Shown: positions 4,676 to 5,669 of the stretch, piece after piece | How the letters are laid out: every line of letters starts with the position of its first letter | Position numbering within the stretch: the stretch's first letter is position 1 | Assembly (NCBI GenBank): GCA_964468425.1 | Contig: CAYXSZ010000091.1 | Location: 1-5,669, forward strand | From: Candidatus Woesearchaeota archaeon | Lineage (GTDB): Archaea; Nanobdellota; Nanobdellia; Nanobdellales; Nanobdellaceae | Direction of reading: 5' to 3' | Length of the DNA: 5,669 nt | The notes under the pieces: model-generated | Seen by the model: only the letters and a program-made list of their open reading frames with translations | The model's database searches: none | What the model was told of the DNA's origin: nothing | Made by a program: the position numbers and the translations under genes

Positions 4676-5463
4676 AAATAGAACTTGATGTTCGCTTGTC
4701 TCCCTTCGAAAATGCCGCGAAGTACTACGAAAAGGCTAAAAAGCTCAAACAAAAGTTGGAGAGTCTAAAGCTCCAAATTGAGGAGACCAAGAAAAAGTTA
4801 GAAAATGTAAATCTAGAAATAGAGAAAGAAAGAAAAAAACTTGAGAAAAAGAGAAGGGTAAAATGGTATGAAAAGTTTAGATGGTTTTTTACCTCAAATA
4901 ACTTTTTATTGGTTGCCGGAAAAGACGCTAGCTCGAATGAAGTCTTAATTAGAAAGTACCTTGAAAAAAACGATTTAGTCTTTCACGCAGATATAAAGGG
5001 TTCTCCTTTTGGAATTCTCAAAAATGGGAAAGATGCTAACGAGGTAGACATAAAAGAGGCAGCTCAATTCGTAGCTAGTTATTCAAGGGCGTGGAAACAA
5101 AAGCTAGGAGCGATCGAAGTTTATTACATATATCCCGACCAAGTTTCCAAAAGAGCTCCAGCGGGAGAGTACTTACCGAGAGGATCTTTTATGATTTACG
5201 GAGAGAAAAATTATGTGACAATGGAGCTAAAAGTTGCTATTGGGGTAGATCAAGAAGGAAACGTAATCCCAGGAGTTCCTTCGTCCGTAGAACGAAAATC
5301 TAAGAAATATGTTATCTTAATTCCAGGGGATATCAGACCAAGCGAAATAGCCAAGGAGATTTCAAAATTTCTCGAAGCGGATTTAGAAGATATTCAAAGG
5401 TTCGTTCCTGGAGAAGCCCGGATTATTTCAAAGATCGATAAGCTTATAAATGCAAAGTTATGA
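4672..5463 (+). CDS. NFACT-family protein (RqcH/Rqc2/FbpA family), C-terminal half only: coiled-coil helix + NFACT-R (DUF814) + NFACT-C
   Basis: 263 aa. IELDVRLSPFENAAKYYEKAKKLK matches the conserved LD..LS..ENA..YF.KYKK segment at the start of the second coiled-coil helix of full-length family members. KWYEKFRWFFTSNNFLLVAGKDASSNEVLIRKYLEKNDLVFHADIKGSPFGILK is the NFACT-R/DUF814 core. APAGEYLPRGSFMIYGEKNYV...AIGV...IPGD is the archaeal/eukaryotic NFACT-C region. An in-frame TAA at 4660-4662 prevents any upstream extension. Confidence 0.9.
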   Translation: MKIELDVRLSPFENAAKYYEKAKKLKQKLESLKLQIEETKKKLENVNLEIEKERKKLEKKRRVKWYEKFRWFFTSNNFLLVAGKDASSNEVLIRKYLEKNDLVFHADIKGSPFGILKNGKDANEVDIKEAAQFVASYSRAWKQKLGAIEVYYIYPDQVSKRAPAGEYLPRGSFMIYGEKNYVTMELKVAIGVDQEGNVIPGVPSSVERKSKKYVILIPGDIRPSEIAKEISKFLEADLEDIQRFVPGEARIISKIDKLINAKL

Positions 5464-5508
5464 TTCATCGTTAGTAGTCAAAATTCTATACGCGTTGGCA
5501 AATACAAC

Positions 5509-5525
5509 CGAAAATTTTTTAAATA
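5509..5525 (+). promoter_or_regulatory. BRE + TATA promoter for the downstream secreted-protein gene
   Basis: CGAAAA (5509-5514, BRE-like) is immediately followed by TTTTTTAAATA (5515-5525). The TATA centre is about 24 nt upstream of the ATG at 5546, implying a leaderless mRNA. The T6 run could also terminate the upstream operon. Confidence 0.45.
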
Positions 5526-5545
5526 CCTACACCAAATAGTAGTGT

Positions 5546-5669
5546 ATGGTGTCCCTCAGAAAGATCCTACCCCTTGTAGGTATAGTAGCATTGTTAGCTA
5601 GCGTCTTTGCACAAACAGAGCCAACGGTGAGTTTAAAGTTCGTAGAATATCCACAATACATTACTCCTA
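5546..5669 (+). CDS. Secreted or extracellular protein, N-terminal part with a Sec-type signal peptide; the gene continues beyond the right edge
   Basis: My own translation: MVSLRKILPLVGIVALLASVFAQTEPTVSLKFVEYPQYITP. It has a basic n-region, a hydrophobic h-region and a VFA/QT cleavage-like site. It is open to the window end and sits behind a good promoter. It is absent from the ORF track because it has no stop. Confidence 0.6.
   Translation, partial: MVSLRKILPLVGIVALLASVFAQTEPTVSLKFVEYPQYITP

Noticed and set aside
4567-4752. 61-aa minus ORF across the 122-aa / NFACT junction
   Set aside because: It is antisense to the K/E-rich coiled-coil coding sequence, a composition artefact.
5091-5303. 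70-aa + ORF in an alternative frame inside the NFACT gene
   Set aside because: It overlaps the conserved NFACT-C coding frame, is R/S-rich and has no independent start signals.
1-5669. Mobile element, provirus or integrated-island signatures around the solo Cas4-like gene
   Set aside because: There is no integrase, transposase or terminal inverted repeat, no tRNA attachment site, and no obvious compositional break by eye. The flanking genes look like ordinary chromosomal genes.

Overview
This is a compact, A+T-rich window that looks archaeal. The proteins are K/E/I-rich in a thermophile style, BRE/TATA-like boxes sit about 24-34 nt upstream of start codons, there are no convincing Shine-Dalgarno sites, and two gene pairs share ATGA start/stop overlaps. 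Two divergent gene blocks are separated by a 464-bp non-coding spacer (3017-3480), far longer than any other gap here. The minus block runs right to left: a THEP1-type NTPase, two tandem single-cluster ferredoxins, three tandem paralogous ~5-TM membrane proteins, and the start of a fourth membrane protein that runs off the left edge and is absent from the ORF track. The plus block holds a complete Cas4/DUF83-family Fe-S nuclease, a 122-aa unassigned protein, and an NFACT (RqcH/Rqc2/FbpA family) protein that lacks its whole N-terminal half. After it come a clear BRE/TATA promoter and the signal-peptide start of a secreted protein that runs off the right edge (also absent from the track). By eye I found no rRNA, tRNA, CRISPR array, transposase/integrase or IS termini. 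The best candidate for something undescribed is the tightly coupled operon of Cas4-like nuclease, small protein and half-NFACT. Next are the triplicated membrane-protein family and the structured long spacer. All family assignments rest on motifs I recognised by reading the translations; no database search was possible.
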